A stretch of 64,000 bases of DNA from Eledone cirrhosa (GCA_964016885.1 OZ024742.1:135284001-135348000), one strand, 5' to 3'. Shown: positions 36,600-51,114, counted from the stretch's first letter. Translations and numbers: made by a program. Notes: a model not told the origin generated them from the sequence alone.

Positions 36600-38260
36600 T
36601 CGTGTGTTTTCAGTTACTGCACCCTATACAAACAACAAATTCGACAAAGGTCGCGAGACTCCAGGAGTCACACATGAAGAAAACCCACAAAATCCAACGG
36701 TCACCATGTCCGCTACGGCAAAGTTCCCTCTACCAGTTGTTCTCCAATCTTCAGGTGTATACCCAAGGCAGGCCCATTCAATCAGACCACGCTCGCATCC
36801 TACACCCACCTCACAACAAACTGGCTGGAAGGCAGAACGTCCCTCTCCCCCATGGTTTTCCTTTTCAAATTAAACCTGAAAATCTTAATCAGGGCTTCGC
36901 CGAAGAGGAAAGTGTTGGTCCTCAACAGTTTTAAATGTGTCCACTATATAATCTTTTTTTTTGCTATGGTCACCAGACAGTTAAGATAGATTTCCCTTCC
37001 TGACTAAAGAAAGGTCGAAGGGGCATTCTTCTCAATGGTCTCAGCTGATAGGCATATTCGTCCTACATGTGACGGCAGGTGTTCGACCTAAATCCACAGA
37101 TCAGTGATGCTCGTACACTGAAGGAGTGCGTGCAGGGCCGATTTCTTACTCTTCGCGCATCTCGGCAATTCGTTGCCTGTAGAGTTTATACCGAACTTGC
37201 AAAGTTCCACGGTAGCACTGCCAAGTCAGGGATTTCTGAAAAGTATCTATAGACCCGGGACCAACGGTCCACGCGAAAAGAGTGGGTAGAAGATTTTCGT
37301 CGCTGCTTATAGTTTCTCCAAGAATATCATTGCTTTTATCCGCCACTATATCTCTATAGAATGCTAAGGTGTTGTTTCCACTGACAGTACTGCCCAATTG
37401 GAAGAGGGCTGTGAACGCTTAAAATATTTCAGTTTCCAAATGCTCCCTCCCGATCTACTCTTGATTCGGCACTGGAAGTTCTTTAAAAAGAAGAGCTTGG
37501 AAAACCATGTATCTAGTGATCGGTGGCCACACATGTTAACGGTTTAGTAAAAGACACAGATGTTGTAGCCTCAGCGCATGTTTGAGCATTGTCAGCTAAG
37601 ATCTTCCCAATCTTCTTCGCGGCTGGTATTGACAGCTGATGGGCGGCTTGAACATCGGAACGCGTTCCTACCACATGAGGTGAAAGAGCAGACGTTCCTA
37701 TGCAGTCTGACTGAGCTTAGGAAAATGCACGTCGGTCAGGTAGAAGTAGATAACGGACGGGTATGTGCTTGTCACCTCTGCCTGACCTCTCAATGATAGC
37801 CTCCCCTCGGCGCATTTCTGAGTGAGATTGGATACTCTGTTCGCCACCTTATACCATTTTTGTCTATTTTGAGGTCCTGTCAGAACCAGACCCCGAGAAA
37901 TTTAACCGGGCAATCCGTCCATCACTCGACTCCACTGTCGGGCGGCATAAACCTGCCTTTCCAGGAGCCGATTTGCAAGCTTACCGATAAATTCTTGTTA
38001 ATTTTTCTCCTGTCAGTGCATCGTGTTCCCTCAGAGCAGTGTCGATCACATTAATGTGTTTGATGCTCGATACTTCTACGGTGACGTCGTCGGTATAAGC
38101 AGACACGGACCTCACATGTCCTAGTTCACACCGGATGACACTGAAAGTTTCTAATGTGTGCAGTAGTGGCTCCAGATTCAATACATTCAGCTGGAACGAG
38201 AGGAAACAACATTGGCGGACCGGATGCAAGAGGATAGTTTCTTTCTTAGTCACATAGGTC
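36600..38260 (-). mobile_element. 5'-truncated, decayed L1/Tx1-like LINE (RT and C-terminal region, 3' UTR)
   Basis: Minus-strand ORFs contain VRQCCFLS...LEPLL...SAYTDDVTV (QGCPLS and YADD motifs) and FQKSLTWQCYRGTLQVRYKLY. Related to the 46730-48135 copy. Ends are approximate. Confidence 0.85.
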
Positions 38261-38708
38261 TGATATTAAGCACAATAATTGAGACCATACAGTGTGGGTT
38301 TTGTGTGTCGAAATGTTTACAACCAAAACTAAGAAAAAATAAACATTTAAAATATCATACAAAGAGAGACTATGCCATAGAGAGAGATCTTCTAAGAGAC
38401 CTGTGAGGAGATATCACACAACATCTATGGTTACTCTGACTGCTAGGATAAGAGCCCCTCCAAATTGCCCGGCTCCAGTTGACAGAATAATGATAATATT
38501 GGTTGATTCAAGATTGTGATTATACAGTTTCATTTCCTTTCTCTACAGAAGGCATGTTTGCTTGGCACAAGAAACATACAAAACACAGAAGATACAAAAG
38601 TCTGCATGCGACAACTTGATATATATCAAACCGAATACAGAGGAAAGAGAAACAAATAATAAAATTAATAATCAACACACGCCTCTCTCCTCTTGAATTA
38701 TTTACGTC

Positions 38709-38896
38709 TTGGCAGTATCGGTAATGGGTCGGACACCATGCTTTGACGCATAGAGTTACGGTCCTTGCAATTCTGAGTTCAAATCCCGCCGACCGAGGTT
38801 AAGTTTGCGTTTCATCCATACGGGGTCGATAAAATAAAGTACCAGTAATGCACTGGGTATTTGCTGGCCTTGTGCCGAAAGTAGAAACAATTATTT
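38709..38896 (+). mobile_element. tRNA-derived SINE with Nin/Deu-like central domain
   Basis: ggcagtatcggta...gagttcaaatcccgccg...tttcatccatacggggtcgataaaataaagtaccagtaatgcactggg; several copies occur in the window. Confidence 0.88.
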
Positions 38897-40001
38897 ACTT
38901 CTCATTCTCAGGTGTATGTCGCTGTTTCATGCCTGAGTCAATATATTTCAACTTTACAATAATGACTGCATTGGTGACTCCATTCATGGTGCTGTACTTA
39001 TAGCAGAACATAATAAGAGGTGGTTGTCGGTGGTGGCTAAGGTAATGGAAAACAATATTCTGCGAATATTTATTCCGTTAATAGCAAGGTGTAACTACAT
39101 TCTTTTCACGAATCTTTCCAAACATGTATACTATAATGCACGATTTCATCCACCCACAAAGAAACACGTATACACATACATAGACACTCTCACATGCACA
39201 CACACGAACAGACATGTGACATAGAAGGAATGGTTACATTTGTCAAACATATAGCATTTGCTTTCAAATTATAGAGTAGAGTATGTGGATGTAAAGCAAT
39301 ACATGTGTGTGTGTGTGTGTATGTGTGTGTGCGTATGTGTGTGTGCGTGTGCGTGTGTGATGACAGAGGGTGTGAGATGCAGTGAGGTGGGAATAGGTTG
39401 ACATAAATGTATGGGAGAAGCGAAACTAAGTTAAAAATAAGTACGATTAAAAAAGGAAGAATCGCTCCCACTACTGGACTTGTATTTTATCTATCGACCA
39501 AGAAAAGATTAAAAGCGAAGGTATCCTTGAGTGGATGTGATATACAGTGCTGAGAGTGAGAATTTATTTCGTGAAAAATATACCTTGTTCTAATGGTTCT
39601 GTGAATTCGCTGCCTCATAAAGAAAAAGGTAACGAATGTGTATCCTTGAGAGAGATAGTGAAAAAGAGTGAATGAAAGACACGAGGAACTAGAGGTAGAA
39701 GGATAAAGAGAAAATAAAGAGCGTCGTAGAACAAGTACAATAAAGAAGAGACGGAGAAATAGACCAAAACCTCTAAACAATGTAAATGTGAAATTGCGTT
39801 TAAAAGAGGTCACATAGTTACAGAAAGTGAAACAGAGTGAGAGACAAAGTTTGTGTGTGTGAGAGAGAGAGGGGGGGAACGAGAGAGAGAGATACTGATA
39901 TACAGTGACAGAGAAGATATGCAACTGAATGTAAAACGAGAAAGAAAAATACACGCATGTACGTATATGTATGTATATTTATGTATGTATGTATATTTGT
40001 G

Positions 40002-40050
<49 letters not shown>

Positions 40051-40213
40051 ACATATATACATATGTGTGTGTGTGGGGGAGGTGATTTTATATTATATGA
40101 CAATGAAAATATAGAAACAACATGAAAGTACATTGGAGGAGGGAAGCTTAAATATAGAAGTAGGGACGAAAGGAGCAGTAAATTATATAAAATACACACA
40201 CACACACACACAC

Positions 40214-40282
<69 letters not shown>

Positions 40283-40904
40283 TACATATATGTGTGTGCG
40301 TGAGTGTGTAGGTGTAAGTGTATGTGTGTGTGCGTGTGTAGGAGACTGGGGGAGAGAGATCGTGCGAGACGGAGAGTAAAATGTGAAAGAAAAGAAGACA
40401 GTATAGGTGTGTGGCTGTAGTGGTGCTGCTGGAGGTGTTAGACGTATTCCTGGTTTTGTTTGTGGTTGTGGTGAATTCTCTCTTTGCAGTTAGTTGTTTG
40501 TGGTGGTGGGGAGATAAGAAATTTGCAATGAATATTCATGAGGTTGCTAAGTGACTATTAGTGCTGTTCCTCTTTTCACATGAATATTTATTTGTTTCTT
40601 TAGTTAATCTAGTTAAATATTCATGCCCGGCTGTCTGTAATTCGACAATTGCACGGTGCGATTTCTGCAGACCGAAATAATGAAACACGTAAGAAAAGAA
40701 ATAAAATATTAATAGTGATGGTGAAGATGGTGATGATGGTGATGATGATGAGAATGGTGTCGATGTGTTGATGATGACATGTCAAATACGTTGCTATGCA
40801 GGATGATGATGTTTATAAAAAAAAAAAATATTCAGCTATAGCTATTTCTCTATTGGAGAAACTCATGCGTACAATAAACAGAAAGTTTTATAAACACCCA
40901 TACA

Positions 40905-40954
<50 letters not shown>

Positions 40955-40957
<3 letters not shown>

Positions 40958-41827
40958 AAATACGAAAATTATAAAAATTAACTTACTAAAATTTCACTCC
41001 AACTAATTAGATTCTGAAAGGAAATAAACATGGTTTCCGAGGGAACACATGGAGAAAGTCTTTCGTCATCAGGGAAGTATATTCTCAGCTAAGTTCCCCG
41101 GCAATGCGTGGACACGGGGAACTTATACAAAAATAATTCAGTGGATGGAAAAAAGCAAAGCGTGGACTAAGTTCCAAGACATTGAAAAATTCACTGCCTA
41201 CTTGGTCGGTGGCAAATTCAAAAGAATCAATCACGTGACATCGAGGTTAATCAGTGGGGAGTGGGGTGTTAAGAAGACAGCAGCCGAACCATTACTATGA
41301 ACTATAGTAGCAGTTTTGGCAAATTTTTTCTCAACAAAATAATTTGGCGATAATTATGAAGAATTAGTATATCTACCAACATATATATATACAGATGCAT
41401 ACCTATGCTAGCAAATATATAGGTTTTGTCTTAGTAACATTGTGGTTCAATGCAAGGGGATGCAGAACAATTATATGAAAGACGTAAAATAAGAAAATTA
41501 TAAAAATTAACTTATTACTAGAATTTCACTCCAACTAATTAGTTTCTGAAAGGGAATAAACATGGTTTCCGAGGGAACACATGGAGAAAGTCTTTCGTCA
41601 TCAGGGAAGTATATTCTCAGCTAAGTTCCCCGGCAATGCGTGGACACAGGGAACTTATACAAAAATAATTCAGTGGATGGAAAAAAGCAAAGCGTGGACT
41701 AAGTTCCAAGACATTGAAAAAATCACTGCCTACCTGGTCGGTGGCAAATTCAAAAGAATCAATCACGTGACATCGAGGTTAATCAGTGAGGAGTGGGATG
41801 TTAAGAAGACAGCAGCCGATGTCACGT
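40955..41827 (-). mobile_element. Element C: ~333-bp direct repeats around a ~200-bp spacer, with a stem-II-less hammerhead-like motif, between (TA)n and (CA)n
   Basis: Repeats at 40955-41287 and 41484-41819. Each has minus-strand uucc-CUGAUGA-C-GAAA-g...c-UC^ggaa. An 11-bp terminal inversion at 41817-41827 is the reverse complement of 41765-41775. Confidence 0.7.
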
Positions 41828-41843
41828 CGGATGTTTTCGTACA

Positions 41844-41923
<80 letters not shown>

Positions 41924-41926
41924 ACG

Positions 41927-41973
<47 letters not shown>

Positions 41974-42049
41974 AATGGGGGGAGTGAAACGTAAAGCTGC
42001 GTTTTTACAATATGGTTTCCATTATGGTGACCTGTATCTGTTCAATGTT

Positions 42050-43050
42050 ATTGACAATTAACTCCTGCGGATGTTGAGGATTTTTCAGAGATGATGTGTG
42101 TGGTGGCTTTAATTAAACCAGTCGTGGTAGCCATACACGATGGGTTTCGTACAACGGTTATTTACACAATGTTTCAAACTCTTTTGTACAGCCTAGCATA
42201 GGCAGAGTTTGTCTTTGCCAGTCTTCTATCAAGTTCGTTGTCAATCTTAACCTAAGAAGAGACGGTGCTCTCTAATCAGCTGAATTGTCAGAATGGTGAT
42301 GCGACCAGAGTGGTAATCCTACCGATGTACATGCTAGTAGAGAAACTTCTTCAAGCTGATCCGCCTTCCGCAAAGATCAGCAGTCGCTATCACAGCTGGA
42401 TGTTATACGCTGCAGGATTGATTTTCTGTGGGGAAAGAGTAATTCTCTGATTTGTCGCTCTAATGTCTTAGTGTGGGACAGCAGTTGCCTCAACAGACAG
42501 GCTTCCATCATCGAATTAAAAAAAATTGAGACCTAATTCCGTCAAGCAAGGCCCTCTGTGACCATCAATACCACTGTGCTGGCAATGTTGAAATTTGTCG
42601 TGGCAAGGACGCCGCACTGCTTTATCCATTTTCTATAGGGAAGTTGAAGAATGCACATGATATGCCTAGCTGGTTATCATGCAAGTCCATGGTCATATTG
42701 AAAAATTGAGATGTGACATCTGAAGAACTACCAAAATCACATATAGTTCTTTGTACTCTTCCCTGCATTCCCTTGGAGCTGTCTGATGAAAACTCAATTA
42801 TCCAGTGCCTGTATCGTCTTTGAATTAGCTTTTGGTCTATGTTAGTTTTTTTTTGTTTTCTCCAATGCTCGGCATGAGAGAATTCAAGAGTACTTTTGTT
42901 TGGACTTCCCCTACAATGGAGAGCAGAATTATTCACCGCATTTTGTGGCTGTCAGATTCCGCTCGTTAAATATTTTACGCGGTGATGATAACTTCATTGT
43001 GGAGGTCCTTTCGTAAGTTGTTTTGTTCTGAGTAGAAATATCAACTCCTT
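42050..43050 (-). mobile_element. Decayed RTE-clade LINE fragment
   Basis: Minus-strand translations KIDNELDRRLAKTNSAYARL and FPIENG*...GVLATT resemble RTE motifs (RLAKASSAFGRL, GVKQGCVLAPTLF). Ends are approximate. Confidence 0.75.
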
Positions 43051-43095
43051 GCATTTTGTGGGCAATAAAACATGTACCCGGCTATTACTGTTATC

Positions 43096-43097
<2 letters not shown>

Positions 43098-43168
<71 letters not shown>
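43098..43168. repeat. (CT)n microsatellite
   Basis: Read directly from the sequence. Confidence 0.97.
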
Positions 43169-43173
<5 letters not shown>

Positions 43174-46100
43174 CTTTCCTGGAATTAATAAGTTGTTTAA
43201 TTTTAATTCTAGACAGAAGGTGGGTTTCGCCTGGTTTAGAAATGCAGGAGTTACGGGTACAGAAAGAAGAAATCGAATTCCGGAAAAAGTATCTTAAGAA
43301 CGGAACTCTGTGAAAACGTGATCGCCCACAACGCAAAGCACAAACAACAACAACAACAGCGGCGATGATGAGAAGAATGAGGATGATGATGATAACGATG
43401 ATAAAGAGGATAATGATGACTATGATGATAGACATGACAATGACCTGTAGTTTCTAACATTAGCTATTCTCTACTACGATCTTTACAACCAAGAAGAATA
43501 TCATTCACTACTGATACAACTACAATTTTCCGCAATTAACAACCTGCTTGCGTCAACGCAAATATCCCTGGTCGTATTCAAATAATCACAATCAACAGTA
43601 TAAATGATAATCAGTAACATAGTATTTACCACCACAACCATAACACCAACAACTAGTTCAAATACTTTCATCGAGTTTAGTTAATAAAAAAATGCAGCAC
43701 AAGATAACCGCGAAAGACTCTCTGCGCGATTGATTATTAGCTAGAAATCGAAGCTGTACCAACATCAATCTGATATTGCTGTCTGAAAGGAGGAAAGGAA
43801 ATTTGGCAAAAAAGACGTAATAATAAAACATTTTATCAAATGTTGTTGGAGTTTAGCTAAATAAACAATAACTTGCATGAAATCCCCATCACAAATGGAA
43901 ACCACGCAACTATTTCACTATACGTAGTAAAACCTTTACAAACATAAGTACTATAAAAATAACGAGTACCAATTTAGATGACTAAGGCTCTCTGCGAGCC
44001 AACTAGAAAGATTTTGCGTAGTCATTCGAGCTGAAAGATAAATGGACAAAATCTTCCACATCCTATAACGAAGAGGCATTTCATAAAGTGTCATTTTAAT
44101 ATTGATATCTTATTTATGCCCAAGACCAACAGTTGGGGAAGGGAATACGATTATATCGATTCATCACTAAACTTTAAGTTGTTTTTCTTTTTTTTTTACG
44201 ATCCGACTAGGCAACATTTGCGTGATCATTCGATCCGCTAAAGACAAAGGAACATATTCCTGAAAAGGAAAGATACATTTCTTAGTGTGTTTATAAATAC
44301 ATTACTAATGGAAGAAGAAATAAAACGTTATACTCAAGAGAGCGCTTTCTTTGATCAGTAGTAAGTTCTGTTAGACTGAGATATACTATCATAAAGTGTG
44401 CACAGACCATAGGATGTTAACAACTAATGAACACTCACGGACATGATGTGCAACTATAAACTGAATGTCATCTGTATTGCTGTTCTCAGTTTGCTCTCTC
44501 TAGATTGGTTTATACATTGAAAGAATGTTGTTGGTTTTGTTATTGTTTTTTCTTTGTCATTATCTTCATTATTTTCTGCAATCCCTCAAGTAGGGAATCT
44601 CTCTTCCTCTGTTTGGTCCTCTTTCTCCTTTTTTTTTAGGTAATTCATCATTCCTCTCCAGTTTCTTTTGACTACCCATTATCAGAATATGATGGAAGAT
44701 ACTATCGTTTGTGGATGGCTGGGCTCTCATTTGATAGTTTCAGAGTTCGGGAATATGATATATTTTAGAGTCCACCGACGCCTCCGAAACACCTCTCTTC
44801 TCCATATACTTATGACTATCGCCATTTACGACAGTAGGAGCAAAGTGTCTGTCTGATATGAGTCCAGCTCCTGGCATTGAATATCTATTCCTCCAAGTAT
44901 TGGGATTCAAACAGTTGAGCACCTAGAATACTAATATTTGTGAGATGGTGATGCTGTTCAAGCTGCTCTTTTATTTATCTTTATCTGTGTTGCTCTTGTG
45001 GCCAGAAACCATTTATATAGGTTTGGTACCACATATATAGAAGCTCGGCTGTCTACACTCTTCAGGCCTTTCAGCCATTTATATCATCACTTTTCCTTCA
45101 ACAGATAGAGCTGGGAAATGATCTGTAATATGTATGTGTGTGTGTGTATTTTTCGTGTCTAATAAAAACGTTTTTACATCTAGAGCGCAGCCGAACACAT
45201 TTCATTCTTGTTATCAAGCCTGGCTAATTGTCCACGGTCTTCAAAAATTTGAACTATGGACCAAGGGTTAACTACGTTACCAAATCCTTTGAACCCGACA
45301 CTTGTATTCAATCGGCTCAATACATATGGCACAGAGCAATGGTTAGTTTGATATTGCAATTACTCATCCTGTTTTCTTGCTCTATTCGCATCCCTGAAAA
45401 CTGTATTTACAGATCCGTTTGTTATTCAATAGGATGTATACTTCATTTTTTTTTCGTTTTTGCGTACATCTTTTTCATACCTCATTTGTACAAAACGAAC
45501 TATATGTAATATTTGTACGTTAATAATAACATCCGAAAAAATAGTAAAGATTTTAATATCTACACGTTCATGGTGCCATGATGCTTAATATAGTGACTTT
45601 TATTTCATCATGTCAATTTTTTTCTCCATTCTTTGGCTTCAACTGTCTCATTATCAGTATCTTTTCGTATTCTTTGTTCTCATTTTATCCTGCGAATATC
45701 ATTATTCACGACATCCCCGGGATAGAAGCAAAATATGTTTTTTTTTTCATAAAATTACACTCCAATTTGTACTCCATGAGATGTTGCAGAATACATAAGA
45801 TGATAGGTAAAGGTGCGTTAATTATTGTATGATTTATTACGCTATTAATTACTTTAGATAATTATTATATGGTTTACCCAGATTTTGAAACTCTTCTCCA
45901 AAGTTATGGTGAAATGTCTTTTACCCCTGTCCTGTTTTATGGATACAATACTGCCATTCTTTTGTTATTTTACAAACACAATTATTGTCAAATGTTCTCT
46001 TATTTAAAAGTACACTTGCGAACGATAGCGTCTGACCTGCATTTAAAATATTTCAGTTTGACAAATTACATCTGTGCGAATGTTACTGCTGCTGTTGCTG

Positions 46101-46729
46101 TTGCTAAGGCTACTATTGATGTCGTTGCTGTTGTAATTATTTTTGTCTTTTGGTGATGTTCCATTTTGGTTGTTTTTCTGTAATGTTATTTTCCTACAAC
46201 GAAACGAAATTTTTCAAATTTCCAAAAGTTAGGACGTCTGTAAATACACGTTTTTTTTTAAATGTTATTTTATTATGCATTTGTTTGTGTTGTTATTTCT
46301 GTTTACACCTGCTCTCATTCTCTTCAACGTATAATATCATATTTTAAGAAATACTGGTTCATGTGTCGATATTGACGAGGTTGTATGGGTCACCTTCAAA
46401 GCAGGATGAAAGAAACCGGGAGAGGGCGCATTCAATGCCCATGAGGTGACAGTGTATTCCATGATATTATGTGGGGTTTTCCCTGGAGTTACCCAAAAGC
46501 GAACTCTCTCTATATACGCGAACCCTATTTAGTTGATATTTATTACAGTTTTGGCTCGTCATCATTGCTATTTATTATAATTTCTGTTAATGTTAAAGCT
46601 ACTGTTTTCATATTGATGATGTTATATATCCTTTACTCAATGTAAACCTCATTATTGGTTGTTTATGACAATGTATTGTCTCTAATATATGGTGACTTTA
46701 TAGTCAATTAAATAAAATATGATTTTTAA

Positions 46730-48135
46730 ATGAAAAAGCATCGTTGTCTCTGATCCAGACGAAAAGAGAGTGTGTTTGAATACATATAAAATAAAAAACT
46801 TCATCGTTAGAAAAGCCGTTAAAAGAGCCAAATGATGTCAAATACAGCGATTGGCAAAATTGTCTCAGAGGACAGAGACCAGCGGCCAGTGCTCGACAGA
46901 AACACCACACGGAGCGGGTAACGAGGCGTGTTGTCTACGGTTTGGTGGGGAAGGTGCAAACATGCGCAATCCCGACCAGATCCATTCACGACAAACTCTA
47001 CCTCATGCGATAGATCATAGATAGTTCAGAGTGCAAGCCTGGATTCGGGGGGCAAGGTCAATTTAGATCAATCGAAAGCTTACGGGAGGCTCGATCATCT
47101 AAACATGGAGGTTGTCCTCAAAGCGGCTGGCTTCAGTCCCGTCTTTAAAGGCTGGGTCACTGCAATGCACAACGGCATCTGTACAGTGGTCAAAGTAATT
47201 GGATATCTTACGGAACCGCTTCAGATCTCCCGATCGTTCCGTCATGGGTTCCCTCTTTCCTCCCTTCTCTGCGTGACATGATTGTCGAAGTTGGAGTTAT
47301 TGCAGGGCATCCCGTTCGAACGGGGATGTGGGAGGGCTGCGTCTGCATATGCGGACGACATTACCGTCAAGTTGTCGAACGGCTCAGTAATCAAGGTGGT
47401 CGGCATCTTCCTAGAGGAATACGAAAGATTGACGGGAGAAAAACTGAACACGGAAAAGTCGATGGGTTTGCAGCACTGCACCTAGAGAGGCAAACCCATG
47501 TCATTCAGCATAGTCGTCGGACGCAGGACGGATGGACCCGGGAAGTTTCTCGAGTTCTGGTTCGGACAAGAACTCCAGGTGGATGAGGACTGGGACAAGG
47601 TAACGAGAAGGGTGGCCACTCTCACTCAGAAATGGTCCGAGACGAAACTATCCCTGAGAGGTTGGGCGGTGGTGGGTAGCGAATGCGTACATCACGTCCA
47701 TCATCAACGTGATTTGGTCCCGTTTGCACCTCACCAAATTGAAACGTCTGCTCACCCGCTTTTTGTGGAAGGGACAGTTTCCATTTGGTGAAGCAGACCA
47801 TCTACTACCAGCAGGACTAGTCATGTCGTGCCTGATGCGCAAGCTTCGGCTTCTTCAGACATTAAACGGTGAACAGGCGTGGTGGTAGTGGCGGTGGTGT
47901 GTGTGTGGGGGGGGGGGCACTGCCAGTTCGCAATAAACTCTACAAACAGGGAAGAATGGTCAAACGGACGTGCCCGAGATGCGTGCAGGACGACAAAACC
48001 ATTCTACACGCAAAAATGCTTATTATTATTTTCTTATTGTTATTTTCACTTTTTCCTCGATTTTATTGTAAACACCCACTGTCCCTGTCTTTGTATTGTC
48101 CCCTATATGTCGGTCCTAGTTGACAATAAAGACAT
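46730..48135 (+). mobile_element. Decayed L1/Tx1-like LINE (RT, cysteine motif, 3' end)
   Basis: NLDQSKAYGRLDH, SAYADDITV, YERLTGEKLN and ALPVRNKLY...CPRCVQDDKTILHA. AATAAA near 48126 is followed by an (ATT)n-like tail. Confidence 0.88.
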
Positions 48136-48149
48136 TATTATTGTTATTA

Positions 48150-48303
48150 AAGGCACTGGATTGGCAGTATCGGTAGAGCGAAGGCCAACATGCTTTGCGG
48201 CATAGAGTTACGATTTTTTACGATCTGACTTCAAATCCCACCTAGATTAGCTTTGCCTTTCATCGTTACGGGCTCGATAAAATAAAGTGCCACTAATGCA
48301 GTG
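48150..48303 (+). mobile_element. tRNA-derived SINE (same family as 38709)
   Basis: ttggcagtatcggtagagcg...ttcaaatccc...tttgcctttcatcgttacgggctcgataaaataaagtgcc. Confidence 0.88.
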
Positions 48304-48329
48304 ATGGTTGCAACATATTCCCTCCATTT

Positions 48330-49730
48330 TGCAGACCTCAAACCTTCACATTACCCACTATATTATGCCTCATTTTATATTCCTGTGGCGATAATACTTT
48401 GCAGCCTGAAACCAGGTGATCAATAGTCTCAACATGCTTATTACAGAATCGACACTTTTGGCAAATTCCATTTCTGACCACCCTGCCTTGAAAGTTGTGC
48501 GTTGAAAGAAACTTGTTTTATGCAGCCAAATTGAAGCCCTCACTCTCTGCTTTTAGCCCAGAAATCAATAGCCACTGATGGATGCGAGTTTTATCTACAC
48601 CATATTCTTTACTGTGGAGAATATACATGCAGTTGTTTTTACTCCCACTCAGTGCACAGTCTATGTTGACATTCATGTTTTTCAAATATGTTCATGATAT
48701 TTTTGCGGCTTTAATTTTAGAATCCCCATCATTTTCAAAATGGTATTCCCAATTCTTCCACAAACATCCTACTTTCCTTTGTGACTGAATGGAATCTCTT
48801 CTTCTTTTCGTGATCTGAAATCATTTTCATCGCCTGGGATTTGAATATATTGATCGTGATCAATGGCTAATATTCTGTATGACAGCTCTAGCTGGATCAT
48901 TCCACTACCTCCATTTTGTGTAGGGAGACAGAGACGATCCACAACTGCTTTTAGATGCTGCATTTTATTACAGCTGAAAAGTTTCCTGATTTTGTTGTCC
49001 ATTCTCTTAATTTCATTAACGTTCCAATTTTTGATATTGAAATTGTAGGTGACAACTGGGATATTCTTGTGTATTGAATACCTTGACCTTCATTGATCCC
49101 TTGATATCTGTACGTTTGTTCCTGTTCTATTCACATCTATTTCCAGTGTATTTGTGCTTATAATTCTGCGTTTCTTGAATCTTGCTTTGGTGCTTTCTGC
49201 AATCAAAATTACATCCGTACACCAATCTCTGATCACCTTAACTGTTCTCAAATGTCCTTCCAACCAGCTGCCAATTTTGGCACAGCGTTATTAAAATCAT
49301 CTATATAAAACACGTCGTTTATGGTTTTGCTGTCTATTTTGTGGCCACATTTTGTTTTGTTGAGCGCTAAAGACAGCGGTGTGAGTGCAGAGGAGAAAAC
49401 TAATCACCTTGAAAAACACCACAGTTAATGTTAATGCTGCTGGGACTTATAGTTCCATCACAGTGCGACGGTGATAAATTTGTATTCCGTACAGGTATTT
49501 TGTATTTTAGGAAGTTTGATATTACTGGGAAAATCCAAAGGTTCAAGATCCGTATGTGGGGAACACCATCAAATGCTTTTTTAATCAATCCAACCATTAC
49601 ACAAAATTTGGGGCTCGTATGACAACTTTCCACAATCATACGCTTAACGAAAAGTTGGATTTTGCAATCGTAAGACCCACAGAGACAACCGTTCTTCTCA
49701 ATAATGTATAGATTATTTTCATCCATACAT
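48330..49730 (-). mobile_element. Decayed R4/Dong-like (RLE-type) non-LTR retrotransposon fragment
   Basis: KKAFDGVPH, CGVFQGD, VDRLCLPTQNGGSGM and LKAESEG, plus the zinc knuckle/RHN motif ETIDHLVSGCKVLSPQEYKMRHNIV at ~48355-48430. Confidence 0.82.
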
Positions 49731-50213
49731 CAGAAATAACAACGCCACTACTACTACCACCATAAGAATAATTTCAATCACCATGACTGACACCACCATC
49801 ATTAACCGCATTACCAGCATGACCTCCAGCACTATCCCCATTTCCAGCATAACCGCCACCATCGTCTTCTTACCATCATGTACTACTGCAGTGCCAGTGG
49901 ATGTCAGCTAAGATGAACCAGTCACTTCATCTCTCGGAAGGATCGTCTTTTCTTTTGCAATTTGTGTCAAATTTAAATAGCAGTGCATTGGGCATAACTG
50001 TTTTCTTGATGGTGTTGTACAGTAATAGCTGTTGTTGGTGGTGCTGCTCTCGTTATTGTTGTACGGATCGTGGTTATTGTTACTGTAATGTTGTTGTTTT
50101 TCTTCAGAAACGTAGGGAGTGGCGGTCATGTTCTTAATGTTTTTGTATTTGATGATGTTGAGAAGAGGGAAGTGGAGGGGGTGGAGGATGGAGGGGAGGA
50201 GTTGATTGATAAA

Positions 50214-50239
50214 TGATGATGATGATGATGATGATAAAA

Positions 50240-50288
<49 letters not shown>

Positions 50289-50545
50289 AGAAGAAGAAGA
50301 AGAAGAAGAAGAAGAAGAAGAAGAAGAAGAAGAAGAAGAAGAAGAAGAAGAAGAAGAAGAAGAAGAAGAAGACGATTATGATGATGATGATGATGATGAT
50401 GATAAGGATCATGATGTTAATGAATATGATGATGATGATGATGACGACGACGATGACAACGATGATAACTTGTCGGACGATGATGGCAGTGAGAAGAATG
50501 TCCAAAATTATGATCATAATGCTGATGATGATGATGATGACGAGT
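50214..50545. repeat. Compound (GAT)n/(GTA)n/(GAA)n microsatellite
   Basis: Read directly from the sequence. Confidence 0.97.
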
Positions 50546-50929
50546 ATTGTAAAGGTGGGGGCTGTTGCGATAGTGATGGCAGTCATAGTGATGCCGGGAT
50601 GATAAAAATATTGACGACAACGATGCTGGTGATTTTGTTAGTGATACTGACAATGAAACTGATTATGAAGACTATGTCGGTGACAGTGATGGCGATAATG
50701 ATGTTGATGTTTATATAAATTCAGAAGGTGTTAATGTTATATTTGTTCTTTGTTTTATTTTAGAAATAAATAGCTCCATGATAATATCGTATATTTGTTG
50801 TTTGATGTTTTTTCGTTTACTTCTGTTTGCGTCTTTCGATGATGTGCTTACGTTTTAAGCGTTAGGTGACCTAATTGGCGAAGGATATGATGGAAGGTTG
50901 AAGAATGTCTCTCCCGCAGCTGATCAAAT

Positions 50930-50968
50930 ATATATCAATATATATACTTACATACATGTTTACATACT

Positions 50969-51032
<64 letters not shown>

Positions 51033-51047
51033 TATATATATATATAC

Positions 51048-51078
<31 letters not shown>

Positions 51079-51079
51079 C

Positions 51080-51114
<35 letters not shown>

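Noticed and set aside
41049-41994. Duplicated MEKVFRHQG... ORFs
   Set aside because: They are a by-product of the element C direct repeats, have no recognisable domain, and diverge into unrelated or microsatellite sequence.
44560-44940. Possible LINE 3' fragment on the minus strand
   Set aside because: Only a vague resemblance; no diagnostic RT motif could be read.
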